DNA of 64,000 nucleotides, from assembly GCA_965223905.1 (NCBI GenBank), contig CBDCXV010000011.1, positions 96,001-160,000 of the forward strand, given 5' to 3'. The translations under genes and the position numbers were made by a program. The stretch's first letter is position 1. Each line of letters begins with the position of its first letter. Of this stretch, positions 30,763 through 41,137 are shown piece by piece. The notes under the pieces are model-generated. The model searched no databases, was not told where the DNA came from, and was given only the letters and a program-made list of their open reading frames with translations. The stretch is from Candidatus Latescibacterota bacterium. Its GTDB lineage: Bacteria; Latescibacterota; UBA2968; UBA8231.

Positions 30763-31185
30763 CTATTTCTCCGCCTCGTCGGTCGGTACGACGCTGCCGG
30801 TCTTTTCCGGAAGACCTCGCTCGGCGAGGATTTCGATTGCCCGAGCAATCGGGATCCGAACCATTCCCTGGTCGCGGTCGACCCAGTCGTAAGTTATCAG
30901 GACGTGATCCTCGATCTCCCGCAGCGACCGTTTCTGTTTGGGAGGATCTACCTGGATCCTCGGTTCGGAGCTCACAGCTCGGGTTTGTGAAAGCGGATGA
31001 GGCTCGGGCTCCAAAAGCGGCTGGTAATAGTTGAGAACCTTGAAAAGTACGACGATGCCGACAAAGGTACCGGTTACGAGCACGGCCATTGCAATGCCGA
31101 CGTTGACAAGCGGTTTCGGAGCGGCATCGGTGATCTCGTGTCCGGCGGCTTCCGAGGTATGGTGATCAGCCCCGTGCTCAGCCAT
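30763..31185 (-). CDS. Alternative complex III small subunit (ActG-like)
   Basis: Single TM, PRIQ, Y.WVD...G.VRIPI.RA; lies between actF and sco. Confidence 0.7.
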   Translation of the reverse strand: MAEHGADHHTSEAAGHEITDAAPKPLVNVGIAMAVLVTGTFVGIVVLFKVLNYYQPLLEPEPHPLSQTRAVSSEPRIQVDPPKQKRSLREIEDHVLITYDWVDRDQGMVRIPIARAIEILAERGLPEKTGSVVPTDEAEK

Positions 31186-32389
31186 GGTGATCCTCGTCTG
31201 CCTCGGCAGCTATCTCTTCGAAATTGAAACGCGGGTCGTTCAGCGGTACCAGTGATCGTTTCTTGAGTTGCCCGAAAAACACGTAGAACCACAATCCTCC
31301 CAAACCGACAGGGATGGATATGTCCATCCAGCTCAGGGTGACCTCAGGTTTGCCCAGGGCCGGCGCGGTGATCCAGAACAGATCGACCAGACGCATGACG
31401 ATCAGCCCCGCGGCCAGTGTACAGAGGACGGGGATTCTCGCCTTGATCCGGCTCGAAACCAGAAGCACAAACGGAAAGGCGAAATGCAGGAGTATGAGTG
31501 CGTACCCGACATTCTGCCAACCCCCTTTGAGGCGGGTGTAGTACCAGGTGATTTCCTCGGGCAGATTGCCGGCCCAGATGATCAGCAGCTGGGAAAAGGA
31601 GGTGTACGCCCACAACATCACGAAGCCGAGCATCAGAGTTCCCAGATCTCTAAGGCGTTCGTTCGTCAACAGCGCATTGAGCGGGGCGCGTTTGGACAAG
31701 CTGACTGCGATGAGGATCATGAAGGCCCAAGTCAACAGGATCTGGCCGATGATGTAGATGGCGGCGTAGATGGTGGAGAACCAGTGGGGCTCAAGCGACA
31801 TTATCCAGTCGATTGCAGCAAATGTTGTCACCACCACGAAAATTACGACTCCTGGGCCGCTGAGTACCTGCAGTCTGCGAGTCGGGTAGGTCTGATCGGA
31901 GATGTCCTGCTGGGCAGACCAGCGATTCAGGAAAAAAGCGAGCGTTCCCCAGATTGCGAAATAAAGGACCGTCCTGATAATGAAGAACGTCGGGTTCAGG
32001 AAGGCCTTCTTTTTCTGGAGAACAGGGTCGTTGGCGACGACTTCCTCGTGCGACCACTCGTACAATTCGTGAATGCCGAAGGCGAGAGGAACGGCAAGCA
32101 GGAACATCAGGGGCAGGGTGCGGGTGCCCGCTTCAAGAAGGCGTCTGATGGCGAACCCCCAGCGGCCGCCGGCGAGGTGGTGGATCATCAGGACGACCAT
32201 GCAGCCGAGACTCAAACTTACCCAGTAAATGAAGGCGAGCAGATAGGATTTGAAGAACTGCTCCTGATGCGTTGCGTAAGCGAGCAGGGCCAGTGTTATC
32301 CCTATCACCCCTACCACGAGGGCACGCCTAGCGAACGAGGTGAAATCGGGACCTAGAGCTTCGCTCTGACGAATCAGTTCTGCGTTCAT
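31178..32389 (-). CDS. actF: Alternative complex III subunit ActF (NrfD-like membrane protein)
   Basis: About 10 TMs, DWIMSLEPHWFST, QLLIIWAGNLPEE. Confidence 0.9.
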   Translation of the reverse strand: MNAELIRQSEALGPDFTSFARRALVVGVIGITLALLAYATHQEQFFKSYLLAFIYWVSLSLGCMVVLMIHHLAGGRWGFAIRRLLEAGTRTLPLMFLLAVPLAFGIHELYEWSHEEVVANDPVLQKKKAFLNPTFFIIRTVLYFAIWGTLAFFLNRWSAQQDISDQTYPTRRLQVLSGPGVVIFVVVTTFAAIDWIMSLEPHWFSTIYAAIYIIGQILLTWAFMILIAVSLSKRAPLNALLTNERLRDLGTLMLGFVMLWAYTSFSQLLIIWAGNLPEEITWYYTRLKGGWQNVGYALILLHFAFPFVLLVSSRIKARIPVLCTLAAGLIVMRLVDLFWITAPALGKPEVTLSWMDISIPVGLGGLWFYVFFGQLKKRSLVPLNDPRFNFEEIAAEADEDHHG

Positions 32390-33027
32390 TGCAGCTGCGC
32401 CTTGTCTTCAGCGGGCAGACCGTCAAAGTCGGCGTTCTGGCTGAACTGCAGAGTGCGTACGTAAGCTGCGATCGCCCAACGATCGTTTACGGGGATGCGG
32501 GCAGCATAACTGTACATCGCGCCGAATCCGTTGGTCATCACGTCGAAGAAGTGGCCGATCGAAGCCTCCTGAAGCCGGTCCTCGTGATAGGAAGGGGGCT
32601 GTTTGAGCCCCCGCTTGACGATCATTCCGTTCCCTGTGCCGGTTCGGTCGTGACAAGGGGAGCAGAAGATGTCGTAACGCTCTCTTCCCCGTTCCAGCAG
32701 GTTGCGTGTAACGGGAATTGGAACGGTCGTGGCCGGTTCTCCGTTGACGATGCCTCGGAAATAGTGGTCGTCGAGCCGAAGATGGCCACGCGCAACTGTG
32801 CCTTCGATTGGTTGCCGGGATGAAAGCCCGTCTTCGAAGAAGGGGGATGCCTCCAGCGGTTCGTAACGTGGCTGGTCGTACATCGCCTGCCGCAACTCGC
32901 AACCGGAGGCAAACAGCACTGTCGACACCGCGGCAACCACCCCAAATGAACGGCCTGGAATCCGCGGCGAGCGCCAACGGAGTGTATCGTTCAGGGTTGT
33001 GAGTCCGCGTCTGTCAAGAATCGACAT
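32386..33027 (-). CDS. actE: Alternative complex III monoheme cytochrome c lipoprotein ActE
   Basis: ASGC lipobox, MYDQPRYEP, CSPCH, MYSYA. Confidence 0.9.
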   Translation of the reverse strand: MSILDRRGLTTLNDTLRWRSPRIPGRSFGVVAAVSTVLFASGCELRQAMYDQPRYEPLEASPFFEDGLSSRQPIEGTVARGHLRLDDHYFRGIVNGEPATTVPIPVTRNLLERGRERYDIFCSPCHDRTGTGNGMIVKRGLKQPPSYHEDRLQEASIGHFFDVMTNGFGAMYSYAARIPVNDRWAIAAYVRTLQFSQNADFDGLPAEDKAQLQ

Positions 33028-33559
33028 TGGAGATATTCACCGGGTTGAGAGACTGCAGAAAAGAGCGCGTCTCGTCGGTGTCGAACTGCGGATCTGCGGA
33101 CTCGATGCAAAGGAAAAACCGGTCCTGGGTGGCGCGGGCAAACTCCGGTACGTTGAAAACCGGGTGATAGGGCATGGGCAGCCGGTTGGCGATCCACAGG
33201 CCCAGGAAAGTTCCTATTCCGGCGAACAGAATCGTCAACTCGAAGGTAACAGGAATGAAGGAGGGACCACTGTGCAGTGGGCGCCCCCCGACGTTTATGG
33301 GATAGTCGATGACATGGATCCAGTATTGCAGACCATATCCGCAAACCGCCCCGAGGAGACCGCACACAAAGGTCAGGACAGGTAAGTTGGTGCGGTGAAA
33401 TCCGATTGCCGCGGCCAATCCGTGAACCGGGACCGGGGAAAACGCGTCGATGCGGCGGAACCCGGCGGAGTGCGTCTTGTGAGCTGCGGCGAGAAGATCC
33501 TCGGGGTTTTCGAATTCGGCCATCAAGCCGTAGGTCGACGATACAGTCGGATGATTCAT
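33014..33559 (-). CDS. actD: Alternative complex III subunit ActD (DUF3341)
   Basis: GLMAEF, DAFSP.P.HGL, FIPVTFELTILF. Confidence 0.92.
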   Translation of the reverse strand: MNHPTVSSTYGLMAEFENPEDLLAAAHKTHSAGFRRIDAFSPVPVHGLAAAIGFHRTNLPVLTFVCGLLGAVCGYGLQYWIHVIDYPINVGGRPLHSGPSFIPVTFELTILFAGIGTFLGLWIANRLPMPYHPVFNVPEFARATQDRFFLCIESADPQFDTDETRSFLQSLNPVNISNVDS

Positions 33560-33566
33560 TGGCGCC

Positions 33567-34952
33567 TCAGTGCTTCCTTTTCCCGATCGGCACCAGCGTG
33601 CGGATCTCGTGAATGGCTATCAAGGGCCACACGCGGACGAACAGGAAGAAGGCAAACAGGAAGAAGCCGATTGTGCCGGCATAGGTCGCCCAGTCCCAGA
33701 CCGTCGGATAGTACATGTCCCAGGAAGAGGGCATGTACCCGCGATGGAGGCTGACGACGACGATGATGAAGCGCTCCAGCCACATTCCGACATTGATGAA
33801 CATCGACACGACGAAGAGCCACAAGGTGCTGAGGCGGACCCGTTTCGACCACAGCAACTGAGGTACCGCGATGTTGCACAGGATCAGCAGCCAGTAGTAG
33901 GGACCGTACGGCCCGTACATGCGGTTTGCCATCATGAAGCCCTCGTACACACTGGCGCTGTACCACGCGATCAGTTGCTCCATGAAGTACCCGTAGGCCA
34001 CTATCAGCCCTGCAACAAGCATCACTTTGCCCATGTTGTCTAGGTGTCGATCGGTGATGAAGTCCTCCAAGCCGTACAGCCGTCGCAGGGGGATCATCAA
34101 CGTTAGGACCATGGCAAAACCGGCGTAAATTGCGCCTGCGACGAAATAGGGCGGAAAAATGGTAGTATGCCAACCCGGTATGATCGACACCGCAAAATCG
34201 AGGCTGACGATGCTGTGCACGGAAAGCACCAGCGGGGTGGACAAGCCCGCCAACATCAGGGAAGCCATCTCGTAGCGCTCCCAGTGGATGGCCGAACCGC
34301 GCCAACCCATCGACAGCATGCCGAAAAATACCTGAGGAACCCGGTGTTTCGCACGATCCCGGAACGTCGCAAAGTCGGGAATCATGCCTAGTATCCAGAA
34401 CAGAAGCGAGATCGTTAAGTAGGTGCCGACGGCAAATACATCCCAGATCAACGGGCTGCGAAACTGCGGCCAGATGTCCATCGAGTTGGGATAGGGGAAA
34501 AGCCAGTACGCCGCCAACCACGGCCGCCCGGTGTGGATCAGCGGAAACATGCCTGCACACATGACGGCGAAAATGGTCATCGCCTCGGCGGAGCGATTGA
34601 TTGATGTGCGCCATTTCTGCCGGAAGAGAAGGAGAATTGCCGAGATCAGGGTGCCTGCATGTCCGATCCCGATCCACCAGACGAAGTTGATTATAGCGAA
34701 ACCCCACCCGATCGGGATATTGATGCCCCAGATACCGACTCCTTCGTACAGTAGATAGGCGATCGCGACCTGAAGCAACCCTACGAGAATGAACCCCACG
34801 AGGGCCGCAAGAAACCACGGTATCGGGGTCTCCCGCGTCAGAACGACGCCGCTGATCTTTTCGGTGATCGACGTGTAGGAGGTCTGACCCGGACCTAGTT
34901 CCGGCGCTGGCGGAGTGTAGTTTTTGGCCGATGGCGGTGCCGCTTCAGACAT
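33567..34952 (-). CDS. actC: Alternative complex III quinol-oxidising subunit ActC (NrfD/PsrC)
   Basis: NFVWWIGIGHAGTLISA, HTGRPW, SPLIWD, VHSIVSLDFA. Confidence 0.95.
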   Translation of the reverse strand: MSEAAPPSAKNYTPPAPELGPGQTSYTSITEKISGVVLTRETPIPWFLAALVGFILVGLLQVAIAYLLYEGVGIWGINIPIGWGFAIINFVWWIGIGHAGTLISAILLLFRQKWRTSINRSAEAMTIFAVMCAGMFPLIHTGRPWLAAYWLFPYPNSMDIWPQFRSPLIWDVFAVGTYLTISLLFWILGMIPDFATFRDRAKHRVPQVFFGMLSMGWRGSAIHWERYEMASLMLAGLSTPLVLSVHSIVSLDFAVSIIPGWHTTIFPPYFVAGAIYAGFAMVLTLMIPLRRLYGLEDFITDRHLDNMGKVMLVAGLIVAYGYFMEQLIAWYSASVYEGFMMANRMYGPYGPYYWLLILCNIAVPQLLWSKRVRLSTLWLFVVSMFINVGMWLERFIIVVVSLHRGYMPSSWDMYYPTVWDWATYAGTIGFFLFAFFLFVRVWPLIAIHEIRTLVPIGKRKH

Positions 34953-35028
34953 GAAGCCCCTTTTCCCCCATCATGTCCCTTTCATTAGTACATAAGGGCA
35001 ACAGGCCTTCGGACCCACCAATCTCATT

Positions 35029-38000
35029 TCAAGCCTTGCCAATCTCGGGATTCGGATTTGCAACGCGGCCGAGATAGGTGGTTCGAGGTCGCGTGTTGAG
35101 ATCGGTCAGGATGCCGTAGTTGAGGTCCGAAGCCTTCCAACGGGACACCTCACTGTTTGGATCTTCGATGTTGCCGAAGCTAATCGCCTGCGTCGGACAG
35201 GCCTGCTGGCAGGCGGTCTGTATCTCCCCGTCGGAGATAGGGGTCCCCGTTTTCTTTGACTCGATACGGGCGGTGTTGATTCGCTGCGTGCAATAGGTGC
35301 ATTTCTCCATGACGCCGCGGTAGCGCACCGTCACATCGGGATTTCGCTGTAGTTTGAGACTTGGAGTGTCGCGGTCGGAGTACTGCAGGAAATTGAAACG
35401 GCGTACCTTGTACGGGCAGTTGTTCGAGCAGTACCGCGTGCCCACGCAGCGGTTGTAAATCATGTCGTTGAGCCCCTCTTCGCTGTGTGTAGTCGCAGTT
35501 ACGGGGCAAACCAGTTCGCAGGGCGCGTTCTCGCACTGCTGGCAAGGCACGGGCTGGTGGTAAATTTCCGGATCGTCGAGGTCGGTGTAGTAGCGGTCGA
35601 CGCGAATCCAGGACATCTCCCGGCCGTTGAGGACCTCTTCTTTGCCGACAACCGGAATGTTGTTCTCCGCTTGGCAGGCTACAGAACAGGCGTTGCATCC
35701 CATGCAGGCGTTGAGATCGATGGCCATACCCCACGAGTAACCGGTTGACGACTTGAACTCATCCGGGTTGTAAAGGGTGAGTTCCTCGGGGAATTCGTGA
35801 GCTTCTTCGTGGACGAAGTGGGGGTTTTTCTCGTAGTGCTTCAGATCCGCGTGGCGGACAAGTTGGCGATCCTCCATGCTGTGGTGGTCTTGCGTGCAGG
35901 CGAGGGGCTGGCGGTCGAAGGTCTTTGCCCACTTCAGGTCGGTTGTGCTCCACATTCCTGAGCTGGAAGTGAGCGGATAGGCGTTGAAGCCGGCATCGTC
36001 GCCGACGCGGCCTGCGCGGGTGCGACCGTACCCAAGATGTACGGCAAGAGTGCGTTCCGCCTGACCGGGAACGATCCAGACCGGAGCCCTGACCATACGG
36101 CCCTCCCGGAGCAACTCGATAACCTGCTCATTGGCAACTCCCAGTTCCTCAGCGGTTGCCGGACTTACCAGAGCGGCGTTGTCCCAAGTGAGCTGGGTGA
36201 TCGGCCTGGGCGTCTCCTGGAGCCACCCATTGTTCGAAAATCGTCCGCCACCCAGCAACGGGTCAGGTCGGACTACCAGTTCGATATTCTCTTCATCCTG
36301 AATCACTCCCGTGCCCTGCGGCAGCTGCAGCGAGCGCCGAAGACTCACTTTTTTGGCAGACAGTGCGGTTCCCCCTACCAGGCCGTCGTGCAGGGAGGTT
36401 TGCCAGGACCGGTCGAAGCTGCCCGATAGGGACAGATGCTCCTCCCACGTCTGCCTTACGATGTCCAGAGTCGGTTTTCCGCTTTCGCCAGACAGTACCG
36501 CAAGCAGGTCGTGCGACGATTTGCCGTTGAACAGCGGTTTAATCAGGGGCTGGATTATCGAAACCGTGCCATCGTAGGCTCGACAGTCGCCCCAGGATTC
36601 AAAAAGGTGAGCCTGGGGTACATGCCAGTGACAGGCTCGGGAGGTCTCGTCAGCCACCAGACTGAGCTGAGCTCTGAATTCGACGTTGGCAAGCGCCCCC
36701 GCGAAATCGAGGTCAGGTGGGGCGTCGTAGACCGGATTTCCTCCGATAATCAGCAGAATGCCGACCTCGCCCGCTTTCATGTCTGCAACGAGGGTGCTCA
36801 GGGATCCGGTGTGATCGACAGATTCGACTTCCAGAGGATCGGTGTAGTGAACTGTTTCGCCGACGTTCCCTAGAGCCTGGTTGATGGCGTGGGCCAAGGC
36901 ATGCACCGCCGGGGACTGCTGCGGTCCGGCAACGACAATACTGGCACCGGCGTTTTTCTTGAGGTCACGGGCCAGGGCAGGTACCCAGTTGGCTGTGTCT
37001 TCGAACGCCGGGACGTCGCTTTCAAGGTGGACGCCCAGTTCCCTGGCCAATGTTGCGGCGAAGCGCTCGATCGCGCCGCTGTCGAGAGGCAATCTGTGAT
37101 CCGCCATGCTTCCCGTCGGCGATGGAATAGTCTCGACGGCATACAAGCGGTTCAATTCGTTTTTGCCGTCCCGCACCCGCCTTCCAGCGGCGAAATCTCG
37201 TGCATACCGCACGGCGCCGGGTCCAGAACCGCAGAAATCGGCGTCGAGCGACAGGACAACTTGGGCTTTGGCGAAATCGAACCAAGTATTGACCGGCTCT
37301 CCGTACGCCAGCACGGATCCGGCACGGGCGGCATCGCGGTTGGCAGGTTCGTACTGGTGCCATTGCATTGCCGGCAACTGCTCGCGCAGGGACAAAAGCT
37401 GGCGACCGAGGGTCGGGGAGGTAACTGTCTCGGTCAGAATCCTCAAACCGTCCCCGTTCTTGTGGCGGAACATGTCGATTTTTTGAGCAAGGCTCTGTAC
37501 GAAGTTACCCCAGGTACTTATTCTGCCGGCGTTAGTTACAACCCGAGACCGATCCGGGTCGTAGAGCTCGAGAACCACTGCCTGGGTGACCGGATCGGTT
37601 GCTCCCAGACTGGCGGGATGGTCTGGATTTCCCTCGATTTTGGTAGGACGGCCCATGTGGCTCTCAACAAGTATGCCGGTGCCGACCCCGCCCTGCGTCG
37701 AGGCGGTCGCGAAATAAAGCGGCTTGCCGGGAATGACATTCTCCGGAGCCCGAACCCAGGGAACGATTTTCTCTTCGGGCTGGATGGTGCAATTTGTCAA
37801 TCCGCCGAACGCAAGGGATGCTCCCATCACCTTGAGAAAGTTGCGACGGCTTACGGGATCGGGCCACTCCGAAGCGCGTTCCGGGAACTCGCGGTGCAAC
37901 ATCTCCCTGAACTCCTCGGTGGCGGCCAACTCGTCAAGGCTGCGCCAGTAATCCCGCCCCCCGGATTTCGACAGGGCGGCTCGAATCTCGCTGAGTTCCA

Positions 38001-38037
38001 AGCGTTTACGACTTATGGCAACGGGCGTATCAGTCAT
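35029..38037 (-). CDS. actB: Alternative complex III subunit ActB (TAT-exported molybdopterin-oxidoreductase-like plus Fe-S domain)
   Basis: YWRSLDEL, SRRNFLK TAT motif, GRPTKIEGNP; C-terminal CMGCNAC..AC, CQQCENAPC..VCP, CVGTRYCSNNCP, KCTYC. Confidence 0.95.
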   Translation of the reverse strand: MTDTPVAISRKRLELSEIRAALSKSGGRDYWRSLDELAATEEFREMLHREFPERASEWPDPVSRRNFLKVMGASLAFGGLTNCTIQPEEKIVPWVRAPENVIPGKPLYFATASTQGGVGTGILVESHMGRPTKIEGNPDHPASLGATDPVTQAVVLELYDPDRSRVVTNAGRISTWGNFVQSLAQKIDMFRHKNGDGLRILTETVTSPTLGRQLLSLREQLPAMQWHQYEPANRDAARAGSVLAYGEPVNTWFDFAKAQVVLSLDADFCGSGPGAVRYARDFAAGRRVRDGKNELNRLYAVETIPSPTGSMADHRLPLDSGAIERFAATLARELGVHLESDVPAFEDTANWVPALARDLKKNAGASIVVAGPQQSPAVHALAHAINQALGNVGETVHYTDPLEVESVDHTGSLSTLVADMKAGEVGILLIIGGNPVYDAPPDLDFAGALANVEFRAQLSLVADETSRACHWHVPQAHLFESWGDCRAYDGTVSIIQPLIKPLFNGKSSHDLLAVLSGESGKPTLDIVRQTWEEHLSLSGSFDRSWQTSLHDGLVGGTALSAKKVSLRRSLQLPQGTGVIQDEENIELVVRPDPLLGGGRFSNNGWLQETPRPITQLTWDNAALVSPATAEELGVANEQVIELLREGRMVRAPVWIVPGQAERTLAVHLGYGRTRAGRVGDDAGFNAYPLTSSSGMWSTTDLKWAKTFDRQPLACTQDHHSMEDRQLVRHADLKHYEKNPHFVHEEAHEFPEELTLYNPDEFKSSTGYSWGMAIDLNACMGCNACSVACQAENNIPVVGKEEVLNGREMSWIRVDRYYTDLDDPEIYHQPVPCQQCENAPCELVCPVTATTHSEEGLNDMIYNRCVGTRYCSNNCPYKVRRFNFLQYSDRDTPSLKLQRNPDVTVRYRGVMEKCTYCTQRINTARIESKKTGTPISDGEIQTACQQACPTQAISFGNIEDPNSEVSRWKASDLNYGILTDLNTRPRTTYLGRVANPNPEIGKA

Positions 38038-38690
38038 AGGTGGCACACCGAGCAATCGCGCAATTGGGATGTTTGAACGCCGTACTCCGCAACCAGCCTG
38101 CGCCCCAGAGTCTCCTGGTCGGAGGGCGGTATGTACTGCATGTTGAACACTTCCTCTCGAGGTCTGATAAACTGCTCAGGAGCCCGGTGGCACTCGAGGC
38201 ACCATTCCATGTTCAAGGTATTTTCCTTGTACATAAGGGGCATCTGGTCGACCTGACCGTGACAGCTCTGACAGCCTATCCCCTTGCTGATGTGGATATC
38301 GTGCTTGAAGTAGACGAAATCGGGCAGGTCGTGGACACGAGTCCAGCGCAACGCCACACCGTCCCGGTAACTGGCGCGCACAGGCTCAAGGATCGGAGCC
38401 TCCGTCCATATCATCGAGTGGCATGACATGCAGGTTTCGGTAGGAGGGATACCGGCAAAGGCGGAGGTTTCCACTGTCGTGTGACAATACCGGCAGTCGA
38501 TACCCATACCAGTCACATGGTGCTTGTGACTGAACGGAACCGGCTGATCCTTCGGTACGCCAACCTGACTTACGTAATCTAACCGGTTGATATTTAAGAG
38601 GATAGCAAGAAGAACAGCTACGGTGAGCCCGCCGCCAACGATACTGACATTGGCGACCCAGTTCATACTCCTTCCGAATACCTGCGGCAT
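38034..38690 (-). CDS. actA: Alternative complex III pentaheme cytochrome c ActA
   Basis: Five CxxCH motifs (CRYCH, CMSCH, CQSCH, CLECH, CSVCH), QPVPFSHKHH, N-terminal TM. Confidence 0.95.
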   Translation of the reverse strand: MPQVFGRSMNWVANVSIVGGGLTVAVLLAILLNINRLDYVSQVGVPKDQPVPFSHKHHVTGMGIDCRYCHTTVETSAFAGIPPTETCMSCHSMIWTEAPILEPVRASYRDGVALRWTRVHDLPDFVYFKHDIHISKGIGCQSCHGQVDQMPLMYKENTLNMEWCLECHRAPEQFIRPREEVFNMQYIPPSDQETLGRRLVAEYGVQTSQLRDCSVCHL

Positions 38691-38795
38691 GTTTGGTGCG
38701 GTCCGGTCTCCTCCGCAGTGGGCTAACCTGTGGCTGGGACTGCGTTTACAGGCTGTTTGGGGGAACGTCGACGTTTTCGAAGTAAGGGGTTGGTA

Positions 38796-38824
38796 AACCT
38801 ATGGCCGCTTTTTCGTGAAGTCAA
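38796..38824 (-). promoter_or_regulatory. Putative sigma70 promoter of the act/cox operon
   Basis: TTGACT-17nt-TAGGTT on the minus strand about 105 nt upstream of actA. Confidence 0.45.
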
Positions 38825-38972
38825 CCCAGGGGGGTCAGTAAATCAGAAAATCCCCGGAGGCAACTCTTTGACCCGAATAGGACCGGATCCTGTGGGGTCC
38901 AGATGTGAACTGCCTTGCCATCGACCCTATATTCAATATAAAAGGGATATCAGAATAAAAGGGATTCAGAAA

Positions 38973-39046
38973 GCCCCCGTAGCTCAGTAGGATAGAGCAA
39001 CAGATTCCTAATCTGTGGGTCCCGTGTTCGAATCGCGGCGGGGGCA
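38973..39046 (+). tRNA. tRNA-Arg (CCT)
   Basis: GCCCCCGTAGCTCAGTAGGATAGAGCAACAGATTCCTAATCTGTGGGTCCCGTGTTCGAATCGCGGCGGGGGCA; CCA not fully encoded. Confidence 0.95.
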
Positions 39047-39499
39047 CCGTTTTCTGAGGAGGAGGCCACTGCCGAGCCCGGTTTGCTAGCTGCTACTGAT
39101 TGGTCCCGTCGATTCGTCTGGGGAAGGTCTCAACCCTTGGAAGGGAAGAGGCGTGAGTATGAATCGCTCCCTCACGGCCATCGATTCCCACATGTAGCCG
39201 AGGAGCTGGTAACCTTCAGGGTCTCGGGTCGAAGGTTTCCCGCCGCGATTGGAAGCTGACATCGTTTTTGCCAGCACTCGAGGCTGCACGAAAGAAACGC
39301 AGCGACCGACCATGCTTTGGGTAACTTGGCCGGAACTCGGGGGTTGTCCTTCGGCACAACCGCCCCCGGGTTACCCCCAAGTCAACCGGCCTGGATGAGC
39401 GCGGAGGGTTCGTTTGGGTGGGAAGAAAACGAAATATAGAAGCGGGCCGAGTTCAATCGAAAATCTGGCATAACGTGACGCCATCGTGAATCCGCATCG

Positions 39500-40933
39500 A
39501 TGCTGACGCTCTACGATACCGCAAGGCGACGGAAGGTTCCCTTCGAACCGATAGATCCAAGCCAGGTCCGCATCTACAGCTGCGGCCCCACCATCTACGA
39601 CTACGCCCACATCGGAAACTTCAGATCTTTTGTTTTCGCGGACGTTCTCAAGCGCTACCTGAAATACCGGGGGTTCGAGGTGCTTCACGTGATGAACCTC
39701 ACCGATGTCGACGACCGCATTTCGGAGCGCGTGCAACAGGAAGGTATTTCTCTGCGGGAGTTCACCGACCGCTTTGCGGAGGGATTCTTCGCTGACTTAG
39801 AGACTTTGAACGTGGCCCCCGCGGAGCACTATCCGCGCGCGACCGACCACATTGCCGAGATGTTGGATTTGATCCAGACATTGCTTGACAAGGGCATGGC
39901 TTACCGCCGTGACGGTTCGGTTTACTACTCGATCTCCAAGTTTCCCGGCTACGGGCAATTTGCCCGTATCGACACCGCCGGCATGCAGCATGGCGCGCGT
40001 GTCGACAGCGACGACTACGACAAGGAGAACGTGCGTGATTTCGTCCTGTGGAAGGGCTGGACGGAGAAGGATGGCGACGTTGTATGGGACTCCCCCTTTG
40101 GCCGCGGCCGTCCCGGTTGGCATCTCGAATGCTCGGCGATGTCCAGGAAGTACCTCGGGGAAGAGTTCGACATTCATACCGGAGGCGTCGATCTGGTTTT
40201 TCCCCATCACCAGAACGAAATCGCCCAGAGTGAAGGAGCCTCGGGCAAGCCGTCCGTACAGTTGTGGATGCACAACGAGTTCCTCAACATCAACGGCGCG
40301 AAAATCTCCAAGAGCCTGGGAAACCATATTCGATTGCAAGACATCGGTTCGACAGCCGAGATAAAGGGTTTCCGATACCTGCTGGCGACCTCGCATTACC
40401 GGACGCTGCTTAACTTCTCTGACGCTGCCGTCAGGTCCAGTATGGCGGCTCAGCAGCGGCTCGCGAAGGTGCGGGACCGCGTACGAGAAATCGCAGCCGC
40501 TGGCCGGGGACCCGGTGACCGACTCTGGCAGGATCGGCTCGCCGCCGCTCGAAAGGGGTTTGAGGAGGGAATGGACGACGATTTGAACTCGCCGCGGGCA
40601 ATCGCGGCCGTGTTCGGTCTTATCCACCATGTCGAGCGACATCTTTCGAATGGCGATCTGAAGCCTGAAAACGCCGGGGCGGTCATCTCGTTTCTCGACG
40701 AAATCAATCAAGTATTCGGTATTTTTTACGAAACCCCCGGAGATGGGGACGAGAAACAGACTGATCTACCTCCTGAGCTGAAAGCCCTGTTTCGGCGCCG
40801 CATAGAGGCCCGCGAAGACAGGGATTGGGACCTCGCAGATCAGCTCAGAGAGGAACTCGGGGCTGCAGGTGTCGAGGTCAGAGACGGCCGCGAAGGTTCG
40901 ACCTGGGAGTGGAAACGATCGCCGAAAGAGTAG
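39500..40933 (+). CDS. cysS: Cysteine--tRNA ligase
   Basis: CGPTIY..AHIGN, GRPGWHLECSAM, FPHHQNEIAQ, KISKS. Confidence 0.98.
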   Translation: MLTLYDTARRRKVPFEPIDPSQVRIYSCGPTIYDYAHIGNFRSFVFADVLKRYLKYRGFEVLHVMNLTDVDDRISERVQQEGISLREFTDRFAEGFFADLETLNVAPAEHYPRATDHIAEMLDLIQTLLDKGMAYRRDGSVYYSISKFPGYGQFARIDTAGMQHGARVDSDDYDKENVRDFVLWKGWTEKDGDVVWDSPFGRGRPGWHLECSAMSRKYLGEEFDIHTGGVDLVFPHHQNEIAQSEGASGKPSVQLWMHNEFLNINGAKISKSLGNHIRLQDIGSTAEIKGFRYLLATSHYRTLLNFSDAAVRSSMAAQQRLAKVRDRVREIAAAGRGPGDRLWQDRLAAARKGFEEGMDDDLNSPRAIAAVFGLIHHVERHLSNGDLKPENAGAVISFLDEINQVFGIFYETPGDGDEKQTDLPPELKALFRRRIEAREDRDWDLADQLREELGAAGVEVRDGREGSTWEWKRSPKE

Positions 40934-41137
40934 ATTGCGAATAGTCCGCCGCGTCGAAACCGGTTCGCCGGCCAACGGTTGGGTACTCAGATTTTCAGGC
41001 CATTTCCGAGATCCACAGTTCGTCAGCATTCCCGCGGTGGATGCCTACCAGGCACCTTGAGTAGGAAAGAAGCTCGGTGAAAGAAGAGGCGACAGTTAGC
41101 GGCTTGAAACCAAGGGATATCCCTGAATTGGGAGAGG

